DNA of 64,000 nt from Acidimicrobiia bacterium (GTDB lineage Bacteria > Actinomycetota > Acidimicrobiia > Spongiisociales > ZC4RG35). The position numbers and the translations under genes were made by a program. The notes under the pieces were generated by a model. It made no database searches. It worked only from the letters and a program-made list of their open reading frames with translations, and was not told where the DNA came from. The stretch lies in assembly GCA_035512955.1 (NCBI GenBank), contig DATKCZ010000005.1:64879-128878 (forward strand), read 5' to 3'. Below, piece after piece: positions 20,166 to 30,346 of the stretch. Position 1 is the stretch's first letter. Each line of letters starts with the position of its first letter.

Positions 20166-22754
20166 ATGGCGCCGGTTGTGCTCGTCGAGCGTGAACGACA
20201 GTTGGGGGCGCTCGACGAGGCCTTCGCCGAGCCGTCCTCTGGCGTGGTCGTCCTGGTGTCCGGCGAGGCCGGATTCGGCAAGACCTCGCTCCTCGAGGTC
20301 TTCTTGGGTGCGCTCGATCATCGCTATCGGACCCTGAGAGCCGCCTGCGAGCCGGTGGGCATCCCCACCGGGTTCGCCCCGCTCTTCGAATTGCTGGACG
20401 ATCTCCCCCAGGACCTTGCGACCGACGTCCGCACCGGCGCGGGGCGCACCGCGGTGTACGCCGGGATGCTGGACCTGTTGAAGAACGACAAGGTCGTCTT
20501 GACCATCGAGGACCTGCACTGGGCCGACGAGGCCACGCTGGGCATGGTTCGTTATCTGGGACGACGCATCGGAGTGACCGGAAGCCGACTCATCGCCACC
20601 TATCGTCCCGAAGAGCTCGACTTCAACCCCCCGTTGCGCTTGGTCGTGGCCGATCTCGGACCGGCCGCGATCCGCATCGACGTGCCGACCCTGACCATCG
20701 CTGGCGTCGAGCAGCTGGTCGGTGGATTGGGCCTGGATCCTGCCGCGGTTCACGCCGCCACGTTGGGCAACCCACTCTTCGTCGACGAGGTCGCCCGGCA
20801 CCCCGACCTGGAGCTGCCTCCCAACGTCCAGAACGCGGTGCTGGCCAACGCGGGCAGGCTCCCCGACGACACCCTGGAGTTCCTGAGGACGGTCGCCCTC
20901 AGCCCTGACGGCGTGGCATTGGAGCAAATCGCCCAGATGGGTGACGAGACCGGGGCTCACACCGACCTGGGATTCCAGCGACGCCTGCTCGTTGCCAACA
21001 GGGGCCGCATCGCGTGCCGTCACGAGCTGATCCGACAGAGCCTGGTCAACTCCACCCCCCCGGCGACCACTCAGCGGCTACACCAGCTGCTTCTCGTGTC
21101 GCTGGAGACCAGGGCTGCTGGGTCAGCGGACACGGCCCGTCTCGCCCACCACGCCCTCGGCGCCCACGACGCCACGAAGGCAAGGGAGTACTCGTTGCGG
21201 GCGGCCCGCGACGCCGCGGCGTCGGGAGCCCACCGTGAGGCGGCGTTCCACTATGCCAACGCCCTCGGCTACGCCGCCGCGATGGACCGGGTCACGTTGG
21301 CAGAGTCACTCCTCGAGGCGGCTCGGGAGCACAGCGTGATCAATGCGTTCGACACCGCTGCCCAGCTCGCCAGACGTCGTCTCGATCTGGCCGAGTCGAC
21401 GGACGAGCTGGGACGCGCCCGGGCCTGGGTGGCGTTCTTCGAGTCACGCCGCAACGACCTCGAGCCGACTCGGTCCGAGGGAGAGGCCGCGGTCACAGCA
21501 CTGCGGGGGAGGCCGCCCAGCGTCGAGCTGGCACTCGCTCTTGCGGTGCTCTCTTGGGTCGAGATCGTCGAGGGCAACTGGGACCGGTCGGTCGAGCTCG
21601 GCGATGAGGCGGTGGGCATCGCCCGAGCCACGGGGGCGATCGGGACCGAGGTCTACGCGGCGACCAACGCCGGTTCCGCTCGATGGCTCCTGGGTGACCC
21701 TTCAGGGCTCCACCAGGTCGAGGGTGCCGCTCGGCTGGGGATGGCGTCCGACGGGAGTGAGTTCACCGCCAAAGCGATCAACAATCTCGGGGTGATCGCC
21801 ATGGAGAGCGGCGATCTTCACGGGGCGCGTCGCTGGTTCGCCCAGCTCCAGGAGTACTGCGTATCACACGAACTCGACGCCTGGTACATCGCCGCAGTGA
21901 GCACGATGGGCCTGATCAACGTCACCGCCGGCCGCTTCGACGATGCCGACCGCGACCTGGAGATCGTCGCCGACCAGAAGACGTGCTTGCAGACAGAGAT
22001 CGAGACGTTGATCGTGGGGGCGCGGCTGAGGATGCGGCGCGGTGATCCGGGTGGGCTCGAGCTGGCCGATGAGGTGTTTCAGCGGCTCGAGTCGTTCAAC
22101 GATCATCAGATGCAGGTTCTGGGGTGTGTGTTGGCCATGGAGGGTGCCTGGCTCGGCGTTGTTCCTTTCCCCGAAGCCAAGGAGCGTTACCAGAGGATGC
22201 GCCGGTCGCCGGTGACCGCCCGTGACCGTGTCGCTCAGGTTCAACTCACCTTCTGGGCACATCGGCTCGGTGTGGACCTGCCGGAGTGGGAGCCCGTCGG
22301 CCGAGCCGCTCTGGAGCTGAAAGGGCGACCTGGGGAGGCCGCTGCCAAGTGGGAGAGGGGCGGTTATGCGATCGAGGCCGCCATCACGGGGGCCATGGCA
22401 CCTGGAGCCGATCTCGATGCCGTCTTCGCCGACCTGAAGAGGATGGGCGCGGATGGTGTGGCGGGCGGATTGCGCCGTGAGCTGCAGCGGCGAGGAATGA
22501 AGCGGGTGCCTCGGGGGCCTCGAGCGGACACCATCGAGAACCCGGCCGGTCTCACCAAGCGTGAGATGGAAGTGCTGGAACTGGTCAGTGCCGGTCTGTC
22601 CAATGCCTCGATCTCAGAGGAGTTGTTCATCACGGAGAAGACCGCTGGGCATCACGTCTCCTCGGTACTGGCGAAGCTGGGTGTGTCCAGCCGGGGTCAG
22701 GCCGCCGCTCTCGCCATCGCCAGCAGATGGGTGGGGCCGGAGACAGAAAACTAG
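20166..22754 (+). CDS. Large ATP-binding LuxR-family (LAL/MalT-like) transcriptional regulator
   Basis: 862 aa. N-terminal P-loop GEAGFGKTS, a central TPR-like region, and a C-terminal LuxR HTH (LTKREMEVLELVSAGLSNASISEELFITEKTAGHHVSSVLAKLGV). Confidence 0.8.
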   Translation: MAPVVLVERERQLGALDEAFAEPSSGVVVLVSGEAGFGKTSLLEVFLGALDHRYRTLRAACEPVGIPTGFAPLFELLDDLPQDLATDVRTGAGRTAVYAGMLDLLKNDKVVLTIEDLHWADEATLGMVRYLGRRIGVTGSRLIATYRPEELDFNPPLRLVVADLGPAAIRIDVPTLTIAGVEQLVGGLGLDPAAVHAATLGNPLFVDEVARHPDLELPPNVQNAVLANAGRLPDDTLEFLRTVALSPDGVALEQIAQMGDETGAHTDLGFQRRLLVANRGRIACRHELIRQSLVNSTPPATTQRLHQLLLVSLETRAAGSADTARLAHHALGAHDATKAREYSLRAARDAAASGAHREAAFHYANALGYAAAMDRVTLAESLLEAAREHSVINAFDTAAQLARRRLDLAESTDELGRARAWVAFFESRRNDLEPTRSEGEAAVTALRGRPPSVELALALAVLSWVEIVEGNWDRSVELGDEAVGIARATGAIGTEVYAATNAGSARWLLGDPSGLHQVEGAARLGMASDGSEFTAKAINNLGVIAMESGDLHGARRWFAQLQEYCVSHELDAWYIAAVSTMGLINVTAGRFDDADRDLEIVADQKTCLQTEIETLIVGARLRMRRGDPGGLELADEVFQRLESFNDHQMQVLGCVLAMEGAWLGVVPFPEAKERYQRMRRSPVTARDRVAQVQLTFWAHRLGVDLPEWEPVGRAALELKGRPGEAAAKWERGGYAIEAAITGAMAPGADLDAVFADLKRMGADGVAGGLRRELQRRGMKRVPRGPRADTIENPAGLTKREMEVLELVSAGLSNASISEELFITEKTAGHHVSSVLAKLGVSSRGQAAALAIASRWVGPETEN

Positions 22755-22831
22755 GGACAACGCCCGATGTGGGTCGGGTCGGGGGAGCCTTATGTTGATG
22801 TCGTGAAGGAGTCGGTCTGCCCCGCTATCTA

Positions 22832-23098
22832 GTGGAGAGGAACTTCCCCGACGGTCTGGAGGTGCCTCCCGGCCCGGAGGGGAAGCGGAGACTCGAGGCG
22901 ATCATTTCCTGCAACGCGGATCGCAAGGTGACCTGGGTTCAATCGTACGTGTCGGCCGACCACAGGACGACATTCTGTGTCTATGACGCACCGAATCCCG
23001 AGGCGGTCCGCCTCACCGCCCGGGCCAACGGGTTGCCGGTGGATCGCATCTTCGAGATCTCAGTTCTCGACCCCTACCCCTTCCACACCACCGTCTGA
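22832..23098 (+). CDS. DUF4242 (SCO4226-like) family protein
   Basis: 88 aa from the GTG start. VERNFPDGL...TTFCVYDAPNPEAVRLTARANGLPVDRIFEISVLDP. The in-frame upstream sequence LPRYL, and an AAGGAG SD 6 nt before CTG 22817, suggest a CTG start instead. Confidence 0.6.
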   Translation: MERNFPDGLEVPPGPEGKRRLEAIISCNADRKVTWVQSYVSADHRTTFCVYDAPNPEAVRLTARANGLPVDRIFEISVLDPYPFHTTV

Positions 23099-23197
23099 TC
23101 CCCGATATGGGGAATTCGCCCGATGTGCCCGCACCCACTCTTCCATACGTTGGCGTCAGCCCTCGGTGTGAGGGATCCTCGACTCAAAGGGAGAGAA

Positions 23198-23449
23198 GTG
23201 CCGCTGTTCATGGATGTGCACACAATCGAAGGTGGCGTCTCGGCTGCGGACGTGGCCGGCGCCCACCAAAAGGACCTGGAGACCCAGGAGAAGTTCGGGG
23301 TGAGCTATCTCCGCTACTGGGTCGACGAGGGCGCCGGGAAGATCTTCTGCCTGGTCGAAGCCCGAGACGCCGAAGACGCCAACGACGTCCACCGGGAAGC
23401 ACATGGTCTCGTCGCCGATGAGATCTACCTCGTTGGCGAATACACCTAG
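23198..23449 (+). CDS. DUF4242 (SCO4226-like, putative nickel-binding) family protein
   Basis: A GTG start preceded by GGGAGAG gives (M)PLFMDVHTIEGGVSAADVAGAHQKDLETQEKFGVSYLRYWVDEGAGKIFCLVEARDAEDANDVH. The longer ORF from 23123 is unsupported. Confidence 0.6.
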   Translation: MPLFMDVHTIEGGVSAADVAGAHQKDLETQEKFGVSYLRYWVDEGAGKIFCLVEARDAEDANDVHREAHGLVADEIYLVGEYT

Positions 23450-23459
23450 AAAGAAAGAC

Positions 23460-23948
23460 ATGAGAAAGACAATCCTCGTCGTGGGGACGATCTTGATGAT
23501 GATGCTGACGACGGCCGCGGTGGCGTCCGGGGCCGGCTCTGAGTTGGCGGCCCTGCGCCGCGCCACGGCTCAGTTCCATGACGTGGCAGATGCCGAGGCG
23601 GCTGGATACCAGTCGTTCCTCGATTGCTTCGACTCCCCTTCCGGGGGCATGGGCCAGCACTATGTCGACCTCGGCCGCCTCGATGACACCGTTGATGCGT
23701 TGCGACCGGAGGCCATGGTCTACGAAGTCCGTGACGACGGCAGGCTCAAGCTCGTCGCCGTGGAGTACATCGTCCCGAACACGGCTCCCCCGAATGGCCA
23801 GACCAGCGCACCAACACTATTCGGACGGCAGTTTCACCTCAACACCGCATTGAACGTCTGGGTGCTCCACGCCTGGGTCTGGCAGGCGAACCCCACGGGG
23901 ATGTTCGAGGACTTCAACCGCAACGTAGGAGCCTGCCCGGCCGCTTGA
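23460..23948 (+). CDS. Secreted hypothetical protein
   Basis: 162 aa. Signal peptide MRKTILVVGTILMMMLTTAAVASGAG. I do not recognise any domain. Confidence 0.5.
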   Translation: MRKTILVVGTILMMMLTTAAVASGAGSELAALRRATAQFHDVADAEAAGYQSFLDCFDSPSGGMGQHYVDLGRLDDTVDALRPEAMVYEVRDDGRLKLVAVEYIVPNTAPPNGQTSAPTLFGRQFHLNTALNVWVLHAWVWQANPTGMFEDFNRNVGACPAA

Positions 23949-24009
23949 GGTCGATCGCAGTCAGGCAGTGGGGAGCGAGATACCAGCTCCCCACGCCAAC
24001 GACTGGTGA

Positions 24010-24627
24010 TCAGTCCGCGGCGATCGGGTCCCGGGCCAGGGCTCGCTCGAACCCGACCCGGTCGTGGACCGGGTCGCCGTGGGAGATGATGATCCTCTCG
24101 AAGGGCAACTCGAGCATCGCCCGCAACGCCGGCAGGGCCCGCTCCTCGTGCCATGGTGTCGCCCACACCTGGAGCTCGCCGCCCAGTGTGGTCAGGGCGT
24201 CGGAGAAGACGATCGTCCGGTGGGCGGGCAGCCACAGTGGCGTCTCATTGCGCCACCGGCCGTCGTATAGGGCGAGGAAGCCGCCGGGGAGCTCCATACC
24301 GGGGTAGACGAGCTCGAGATCGGTCTCGGGCACGTCATCCTTGTGGAACACGTCGGGGCCGAAGGCGCGCAGACCGTACCGGGTGACGAAGACGTCGATG
24401 CTTCGCACGTGATCCGGCTTGAGGACCACCGCCATCGTGGGCGGTCTCCCGTCGAGTCGATCCCAGACCTCGTCGCCCTCGGGAGGTGCCAGGGCGTCGA
24501 GGACGGCGATCTGGCCGCCCTCTTCGACGCAGACCGACGTGACCACCCGATCTCCGCCGGTGTCGGGCTCCCAGTCGGGGTGTGGTATCCGCCATATCCA
24601 GAGCCCGGGTTCGAGATCGATGATCAT
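24010..24627 (-). CDS. Hypothetical protein (possibly degenerate MBL-fold)
   Basis: 205 aa. Its codon usage matches the neighbouring genes, and its start sits immediately next to the stop of the upstream amidohydrolase gene. The function is not recognised. Confidence 0.4.
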   Translation of the reverse strand: MIIDLEPGLWIWRIPHPDWEPDTGGDRVVTSVCVEEGGQIAVLDALAPPEGDEVWDRLDGRPPTMAVVLKPDHVRSIDVFVTRYGLRAFGPDVFHKDDVPETDLELVYPGMELPGGFLALYDGRWRNETPLWLPAHRTIVFSDALTTLGGELQVWATPWHEERALPALRAMLELPFERIIISHGDPVHDRVGFERALARDPIAAD

Positions 24628-24628
24628 G

Positions 24629-26113
24629 TCATGGCCACCCTCGATGATGGGCCCTCAGCTCGCGCACCTCGTCGACGGTCCGGGGGCCCCAGGTGCGGGT
24701 GGGCACCGGGTGCTCGGCCCGGACGAGCTCCAGGTCCTCCCGGGTGAACCCTACGGGCTCGGTGATCGGCTCGACTCCGAACAGATTGGCCGCATTCCAT
24801 CCGAGGATCTTGGCTTTGGCGCCCCGGGTCAGCGGCGGGTAGCCGAACCGGGTTTGCATCGCTTCGGGGATCTGGAAGGCGCGAAACGCCTCGATCTGTC
24901 CCTGCGGGGACCCATAGAAGATCGAATCGGTGCCCCAGAGCATGTTGTCCTCCCCAAATGCGACCAGCAGCTTCCCGATCACGTGGGCGGCCTCATCGGG
25001 GCGACGGAGCAGATGCCACCACGTGGAGCCCAGCTCGGCGTAGACGTTCTCTCCGGGGCCGATCCCGGCTCCTCGGACCGATGTGATCAGCCGATTGACC
25101 CCGACGTTGGCGGTGGCGTCGGTGTAGGGGCCTTCGCGGCCGGCGACTTCGAAGCCACTGTGATAGACGACGAAAGAGATGTCGCGATGGGCCCGTGCGG
25201 CGGGCCCGATGTCGACCGGCGACCCATAGCGGGCCTGGTTGGCCAGGCCCTTGTGCACGAAGAGAATCGGGGTGCCGATCGCCGCCAGATGGTCGAGGAA
25301 GACATCTCCCACCTGGGGCCGGTCGGGATCGTGGTCGTCGAGCCACCAGTTGATGCCCGCGGGGAAGTGGGTGAAGGTCTTCCAGCCAGCGATCTCGTTC
25401 TCCTCCGCGGTCCTGGTCATCTCGTCGAGCACCGACCCGATGGCCGCCGTCTGGGGGAGGACCAGAGCATTGACGACGATCCGCTCATCGCCCGACAACG
25501 CCTTCACCAGCCGTCTGGTCTCCTCCATCACCTCGTTGGACAGCGGGCTGCCCGCGGGATTGATGGGCAACCCCGACAGTGCGGTCATCGTCGTGTCGGA
25601 GCGTATGAAGATCTCCTCGAGGAAGTGGTTGGTGGCAAAGCAGGCCCTGGGGTCGTCCTCCTCCTCACATCTCGCCTGGGGAAACTGGCGCCCCCAGAAC
25701 CAGTCACCACGGGTCGACGGGTCGATGTCGTACTCGAGCAGGTGACCCTGGACGTCGAAGACGAATTCGGCCGGCCCGATGACGGCCTTCGCCGCATCGT
25801 TGTCGAGACGGGAGACCGGGTCGAAGGGATAGAAGAGACCCGGGTGGAGGCCGTTGACCGCACTCACCGCGCCATCGATGGCGGAGAGGCAAATCGCCAG
25901 GGCGCTGGCCGACCGGAGGAACTCCCGGCGATTGAGACCGGTGCGTCGCATGGCGGCCTCGATGCCTGCCCTCGCCTCTCGCTCGGCGGCGATCCGTGGC
26001 GGCGTCAGTGGCTCCGGGTCGTACTCGCCGTTGGAGCACTGCTCGAAGGCGATGGGGAGCCCAGGGTCCTCGTCACGCCACCGGATCGTCATCGTTCGCC
26101 AATACTCGCGCAC
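24629..26113 (-). CDS. Amidohydrolase-family (TIM-barrel metal hydrolase) protein with Tat-like signal
   Basis: 494 aa. Twin-arginine-like NRREFLRSASALAICLSAI, plus C-terminal amidohydrolase_2-like blocks (FVHKG, VYHSG, MLWGTDS). Confidence 0.65.
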   Translation of the reverse strand: MREYWRTMTIRWRDEDPGLPIAFEQCSNGEYDPEPLTPPRIAAEREARAGIEAAMRRTGLNRREFLRSASALAICLSAIDGAVSAVNGLHPGLFYPFDPVSRLDNDAAKAVIGPAEFVFDVQGHLLEYDIDPSTRGDWFWGRQFPQARCEEEDDPRACFATNHFLEEIFIRSDTTMTALSGLPINPAGSPLSNEVMEETRRLVKALSGDERIVVNALVLPQTAAIGSVLDEMTRTAEENEIAGWKTFTHFPAGINWWLDDHDPDRPQVGDVFLDHLAAIGTPILFVHKGLANQARYGSPVDIGPAARAHRDISFVVYHSGFEVAGREGPYTDATANVGVNRLITSVRGAGIGPGENVYAELGSTWWHLLRRPDEAAHVIGKLLVAFGEDNMLWGTDSIFYGSPQGQIEAFRAFQIPEAMQTRFGYPPLTRGAKAKILGWNAANLFGVEPITEPVGFTREDLELVRAEHPVPTRTWGPRTVDEVRELRAHHRGWP

Positions 26114-26159
26114 CGCAGGCGGTTTTTGGTTGGGAATGGCGTCTTCTTACCCTGGAGCG

Positions 26160-27359
26160 ATGTCCCGCCGACCCCCGTTGGTGTTCATCTTCACCGTCAC
26201 ACTCACGGGGATCCTCAGCAATACGCTGGTCACTCCGGCGATCCCGGACATCCTCGCCGAGTTCGATTTGACCGCCGACCGTGCCGGTCTCCTGGTGGCT
26301 ACCGGATCCTTCGCGGGGATCGTGATCGCCCCCGTCGCCGGGTTCCTCGCCGACCGCTTCGGGCGACGGATCGTGCTCACCATCTGTCTCGGCATCTTCG
26401 GGGTATTCGGAGGTCTTGCCGCGCTGGCACCGACTTTCGGGTTTCTCCTTCTCGCCCGTTTCCTCCAAGGAGTGGGCTCCGCCGCCCTGGTCAACCTGGC
26501 CGTCGTGCTCATCGGGGACAACTGGAGCGGCACCGACCGCACCCGGCTGATCGGGCGCAACTCTGCGGTCCTCACCATCGGTCTGGCCGCCATGCCCCTG
26601 CTTTCGGGGGCGATCACCGAGACCGCGGGCTGGCGTGCCACCTTTGGGATCTACACGGTGGCGTTGGGCACCGCGGCGGCGGCGTGGGTGATCCTCGATG
26701 GAAGACGCCCGGTGAGCCCTCCAAACGTCAAGGAACAATTCGGCGAGGCCTTGGTGGTGCTTCGGCGCCCGGTGCTGAGGGCGAGCATCCTCTCGGGATT
26801 CCTGGTCTTCGTCGCCATCTTCGGTCTCTTCCTCACAGTCCTGCCGGTGCATCTCGCCGAGGTCTTCGGCATGGAGGCCGGGGCGAGAGGGCTGCTCATC
26901 TCACTGCCGGCGGTGACCGCCACGCTGGCCTCGTTCAACCTCGGTCGGATGCGAGCGGTCACCAGTGCGCGCACCGTGGTGATCGTCTCCGCGCTGGCAC
27001 TCATCGTCGCCTACGTCATGCTCGGGCTGACCACGACACTCGCCGTGGCGATCCTGGCCACCCTGATCTACGGGTCCTCCGAGGGGTTCTTCATCCCCAT
27101 GCTCCAGGACCTGAACATGGAGGACGCACCCGACGAGCACCGCGCCGTCGTGATCGCGGTCTGGGTCGGGTTTGCCCGGCTCGGTCAGACCATCGGGCCG
27201 CTGCTGGCCGGTGCCGCGATCGGTGTCATGGGCACCGGGCCCACCTTCGTGGCCGGGTCGGGCTTCGCGGTGCTGATCCTCCTCGTCGGGGTGTTTGGCC
27301 CGTTTCCCAGGACACGAGTGAGGGGGGCGCCCGTGGGACCCCCTCCATCAGGTGGCTAG
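26160..27359 (+). CDS. MFS transporter
   Basis: Homology starts at MSRRPPLVFIFTVTLTGILSNTL. MFS motif A-like GFLADRFGRRIV and about 12 TM helices. An alternative ATG is at 26136. Confidence 0.85.
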   Translation: MSRRPPLVFIFTVTLTGILSNTLVTPAIPDILAEFDLTADRAGLLVATGSFAGIVIAPVAGFLADRFGRRIVLTICLGIFGVFGGLAALAPTFGFLLLARFLQGVGSAALVNLAVVLIGDNWSGTDRTRLIGRNSAVLTIGLAAMPLLSGAITETAGWRATFGIYTVALGTAAAAWVILDGRRPVSPPNVKEQFGEALVVLRRPVLRASILSGFLVFVAIFGLFLTVLPVHLAEVFGMEAGARGLLISLPAVTATLASFNLGRMRAVTSARTVVIVSALALIVAYVMLGLTTTLAVAILATLIYGSSEGFFIPMLQDLNMEDAPDEHRAVVIAVWVGFARLGQTIGPLLAGAAIGVMGTGPTFVAGSGFAVLILLVGVFGPFPRTRVRGAPVGPPPSGG

Positions 27360-27450
27360 CCCGGGGACCGGCCTGATTCGCTTCTCATCCCGAAAGTCTG
27401 CGGATTGGCACCACCGGGTGTAAGGATTCGAGCAGACAGCCATCTGTCCT

Positions 27451-29097
27451 ATGCGCATGCCCGACATCGAACCACCCACCGACACCGAGCTCGTGACCGC
27501 TTTCCGCGCGGGCGATCTGGCTGCGTTCGGCAGTATCTACGACAGGTACGCCGATCGCATCTACTCCTATTGCCTCACGATGCTGCGCAACCCCGATGAT
27601 GCCGCCGAAGCCGCCCACGACGTCTTCGTCGAGACCGCAACCCGGCTCGAGCAACTGAGGGACCCGGCGAAGCTGTGCCCCTGGCTCTTCGCCATGGCAC
27701 GCGACCAGGTCGATGAGAACGGTGGTCAGCGGTCGAGGGTGACCCCGGAGGAGGACCTGAGCGAGACCGTGATGATCGAGCCAGACGTTGCTACTACGGG
27801 GCCCCAGCTGACGGAGCTGAGAGAGCTGGCATGGGATGCCGCCGCCGGGCTCGGCACGCGTGACCAGCAACTATTGGCCCTGCATCTCACCGAAGGTCTC
27901 GAAGGTGACGATCTCGCCGAGGCGATGGGAGTGGAGACCTCACACCTGCCCGTGATGGTGTCCCCGATGAAGCACCGGGTTGAGAAGGCGCTGGGAGCCC
28001 TGTTGATCGCCCGACTGGGAAACGAGGACTGTAGGCAGATGCAGTCGCTGCTGGCCGGCCAGGAGGGGACACTCGACATGGAGACTCGATCCCGGGTCGC
28101 CCGTCATGTCGAGGAATGCGAGATCTGCCATGAGCGAAGGGCGTTCCTGCTGGCACCGGCCAATGTCCTCCCCAGCATCATGATGGTGCACGCCCCGGCG
28201 AGCCTCCGCGACCGTGTCTTCGCACGTGTCGGCGTGCCACGGGGCCTGTTCTCGGAGACAGGCGAGTGGATGAAACTCGCCATATTTGCAGTGGTGGCAT
28301 TGGTCATGGGTGTCATCGGCATCGCAGTGTCTGCCCAATTCGAGCCGATCGAGCCCCCGCCGACCGCGGCGGTGTCGGTCCCAACGCCCGGGCTCGCCGG
28401 AAACCCGACCACGACCACCTCGATCACACAGCCGTCGACGACGAGTCGAGTCGGCGACTCCACGACTTCCACCGTCGGCGAGGCAGCTCCGGCATCGCTC
28501 GCCGCCTCCACGGACACCGTCGACTTCGGCGCCGATGCCACCTCGGGGGTCTTCGACCTCGCCAACTCGGGCCAGCAGCCCGCCGGGTGGGCGATCGAGT
28601 CGAGCACCGATGCGATCTCGGTTTCGATCGGCTCGGGGGAGATTGCCCCCGGTGAGTCGTTGACCATCGAGGTGAGCCTCGACCGCTCCCTCATCGAAGA
28701 GGGCGAGCTGAGCGAGACGCTCACGGTCACATGGTCGGGCGGGGAAGCCGTGGTCACCGCGGTGGGAACCCACGAGGACAATCCGGTCATCCACAACCCG
28801 CGGGCCTCCCCGTCGGAGGTGAGAGTCGAGGGGGACAGTTCGTGCTCCCCCACTCAGACGACGATCTCGGCGCGTATCCGCGACACCTCAGCGCTCGAAT
28901 CGGTGGTGGTCCGTTGGAGCCCCGACGGCTCGGGATCACAGGAGAGCTCCATGGTGCCGGTGGGCAACGACGTTTTCGAGGGCGTCATCGGACCGTTCAG
29001 CGCAGCCCAGGCGGCGAGTGTCCGGGTGGTCGCCTTTGACGACCGGGGCAACGCCGGTGGTGCCACGTTGACGGTGAACGTGATCGCCTGCCCCTAG
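27451..29097 (+). CDS. ECF sigma factor fused to a zinc-finger anti-sigma domain, TM helix and extracytoplasmic Ig-like region
   Basis: 548 aa.
- Sigma region 2: [36 protein letters not shown].
- Sigma region 4: [24 protein letters not shown].
- Anti-sigma zinc-finger motif (HxxxCxxC): [11 protein letters not shown].
- TM helix: [20 protein letters not shown].
- An S/T-rich linker, then about 230 aa of extracytoplasmic sequence. Confidence 0.8.
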   Translation: MRMPDIEPPTDTELVTAFRAGDLAAFGSIYDRYADRIYSYCLTMLRNPDDAAEAAHDVFVETATRLEQLRDPAKLCPWLFAMARDQVDENGGQRSRVTPEEDLSETVMIEPDVATTGPQLTELRELAWDAAAGLGTRDQQLLALHLTEGLEGDDLAEAMGVETSHLPVMVSPMKHRVEKALGALLIARLGNEDCRQMQSLLAGQEGTLDMETRSRVARHVEECEICHERRAFLLAPANVLPSIMMVHAPASLRDRVFARVGVPRGLFSETGEWMKLAIFAVVALVMGVIGIAVSAQFEPIEPPPTAAVSVPTPGLAGNPTTTTSITQPSTTSRVGDSTTSTVGEAAPASLAASTDTVDFGADATSGVFDLANSGQQPAGWAIESSTDAISVSIGSGEIAPGESLTIEVSLDRSLIEEGELSETLTVTWSGGEAVVTAVGTHEDNPVIHNPRASPSEVRVEGDSSCSPTQTTISARIRDTSALESVVVRWSPDGSGSQESSMVPVGNDVFEGVIGPFSAAQAASVRVVAFDDRGNAGGATLTVNVIACP

Positions 29098-29161
29098 ACG
29101 TCCACCTGCCCCGTGGCGGTGCGTCTTTACAACCCCGCGATGTTCGGCCATCGTTGCCCCG

Positions 29162-30346
29162 ATGAAGGTGGTGCTCGCCTACTCGGGGGGTCTGGACACA
29201 TCGGTCATCCTCGCCTGGCTGCGTGAGGAGTATGACGCCGAGGTGGTCACCTACACCGCCGACGTCGGCCAGGGGGAGGAGGTCGAACAGGCGCGGGTCA
29301 AGGCCCTCGACACCGGGGCCGTGGATGCGGTGGTCGGGGATCTCCGAGAGGCCTTCGTCACCGGGGCGGTCTTTCCCGCCATCCGCGCGGCGGCCGTGTA
29401 CGAGACCGAGTATCTGCTGGGAACCTCGCTGGCCCGGCCGATCATCACCCAGGGCCTCGTGGAGACCGCCAGGGAGCACCGGGCCGACGCCATCGCCCAC
29501 GGGGCCACCGGCAAGGGCAACGACCAGGTCAGATTCGAGCTCTCCACCGCGGCCTTGGCGCCCGAGTTGGCCACCATCGCCCCCTGGAGGGAGTGGAAGC
29601 TCAAGGGACGCGCCGACCTGGTTGCCTATGCCGAGGCGCGGGGGATACCGACCCCGGTCACCGAGGAGTCCCCCTACTCGACGGACGCCAACTTGTTCCA
29701 CGTCTCCTACGAGGGCGGGGTCCTGGAGGATCCCTGGGTGGCGCCACCCAAGGGGATGTTCCGCATGACCACCGACCCCGAGGACGCCCCCGACGAGCCA
29801 CAGGAGATCGCGGTCGGCTTCGAGTCGGGCGACCCGGTGTCGGTCGACGGCGAGACGATGGCCCCGGTCGAACTCCTCTCCCACCTGAATCATGTCGCCG
29901 GGTCTCATGGTGTGGGTCGGATCGACATCGTGGAGAACAGGTTTGTCGGGATCAAGAGCCGCGGGGTCTACGAGACACCGGGGGGCACGGTGCTCCACGC
30001 GGGGCGTCGGGCCATCGAGTCGGTCGTCCTCGACCGCGAGGTGCTCCATCTCAGGGATGGGCTCGCCCAGCAGTACGCCCGCATCGTCTACAACGGTTTC
30101 TGGTTCTCTCCGGAGAGGGCGGCGCTTCAGGAGACGATGGACCGCATCCAGCAGCCGGTCACCGGTGATGCCCGTCTGGTCCTATACAAGGGATCGGTGA
30201 GGGTCGGCGGCCGACGCTCCCCCAACAGCCTCTACGACGAGGCCATGGCCACCTTCGAGGCCGACGACGTCTTTGACCAGGGCGACGCCCGGGGATTCAT
30301 CAACCTGAATGCTCTCCGCATCAGGGGTCACGGCGAGGGACCGTGA
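29162..30346 (+). CDS. argG: Argininosuccinate synthase
   Basis: 394 aa. [10 protein letters not shown]-loop and full-length ArgG similarity. Confidence 0.97.
   Translation: MKVVLAYSGGLDTSVILAWLREEYDAEVVTYTADVGQGEEVEQARVKALDTGAVDAVVGDLREAFVTGAVFPAIRAAAVYETEYLLGTSLARPIITQGLVETAREHRADAIAHGATGKGNDQVRFELSTAALAPELATIAPWREWKLKGRADLVAYAEARGIPTPVTEESPYSTDANLFHVSYEGGVLEDPWVAPPKGMFRMTTDPEDAPDEPQEIAVGFESGDPVSVDGETMAPVELLSHLNHVAGSHGVGRIDIVENRFVGIKSRGVYETPGGTVLHAGRRAIESVVLDREVLHLRDGLAQQYARIVYNGFWFSPERAALQETMDRIQQPVTGDARLVLYKGSVRVGGRRSPNSLYDEAMATFEADDVFDQGDARGFINLNALRIRGHGEGP

Noticed and set aside
24419-27376. 985-aa ORF on the plus strand, the longest ORF in the window
   Set aside because: It runs antisense to the amidohydrolase gene and out of frame through the MFS transporter. 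Its translation is Arg/Gly/Pro-rich low-complexity sequence, typical of spurious frames in high-GC DNA, and has no recognisable domain.
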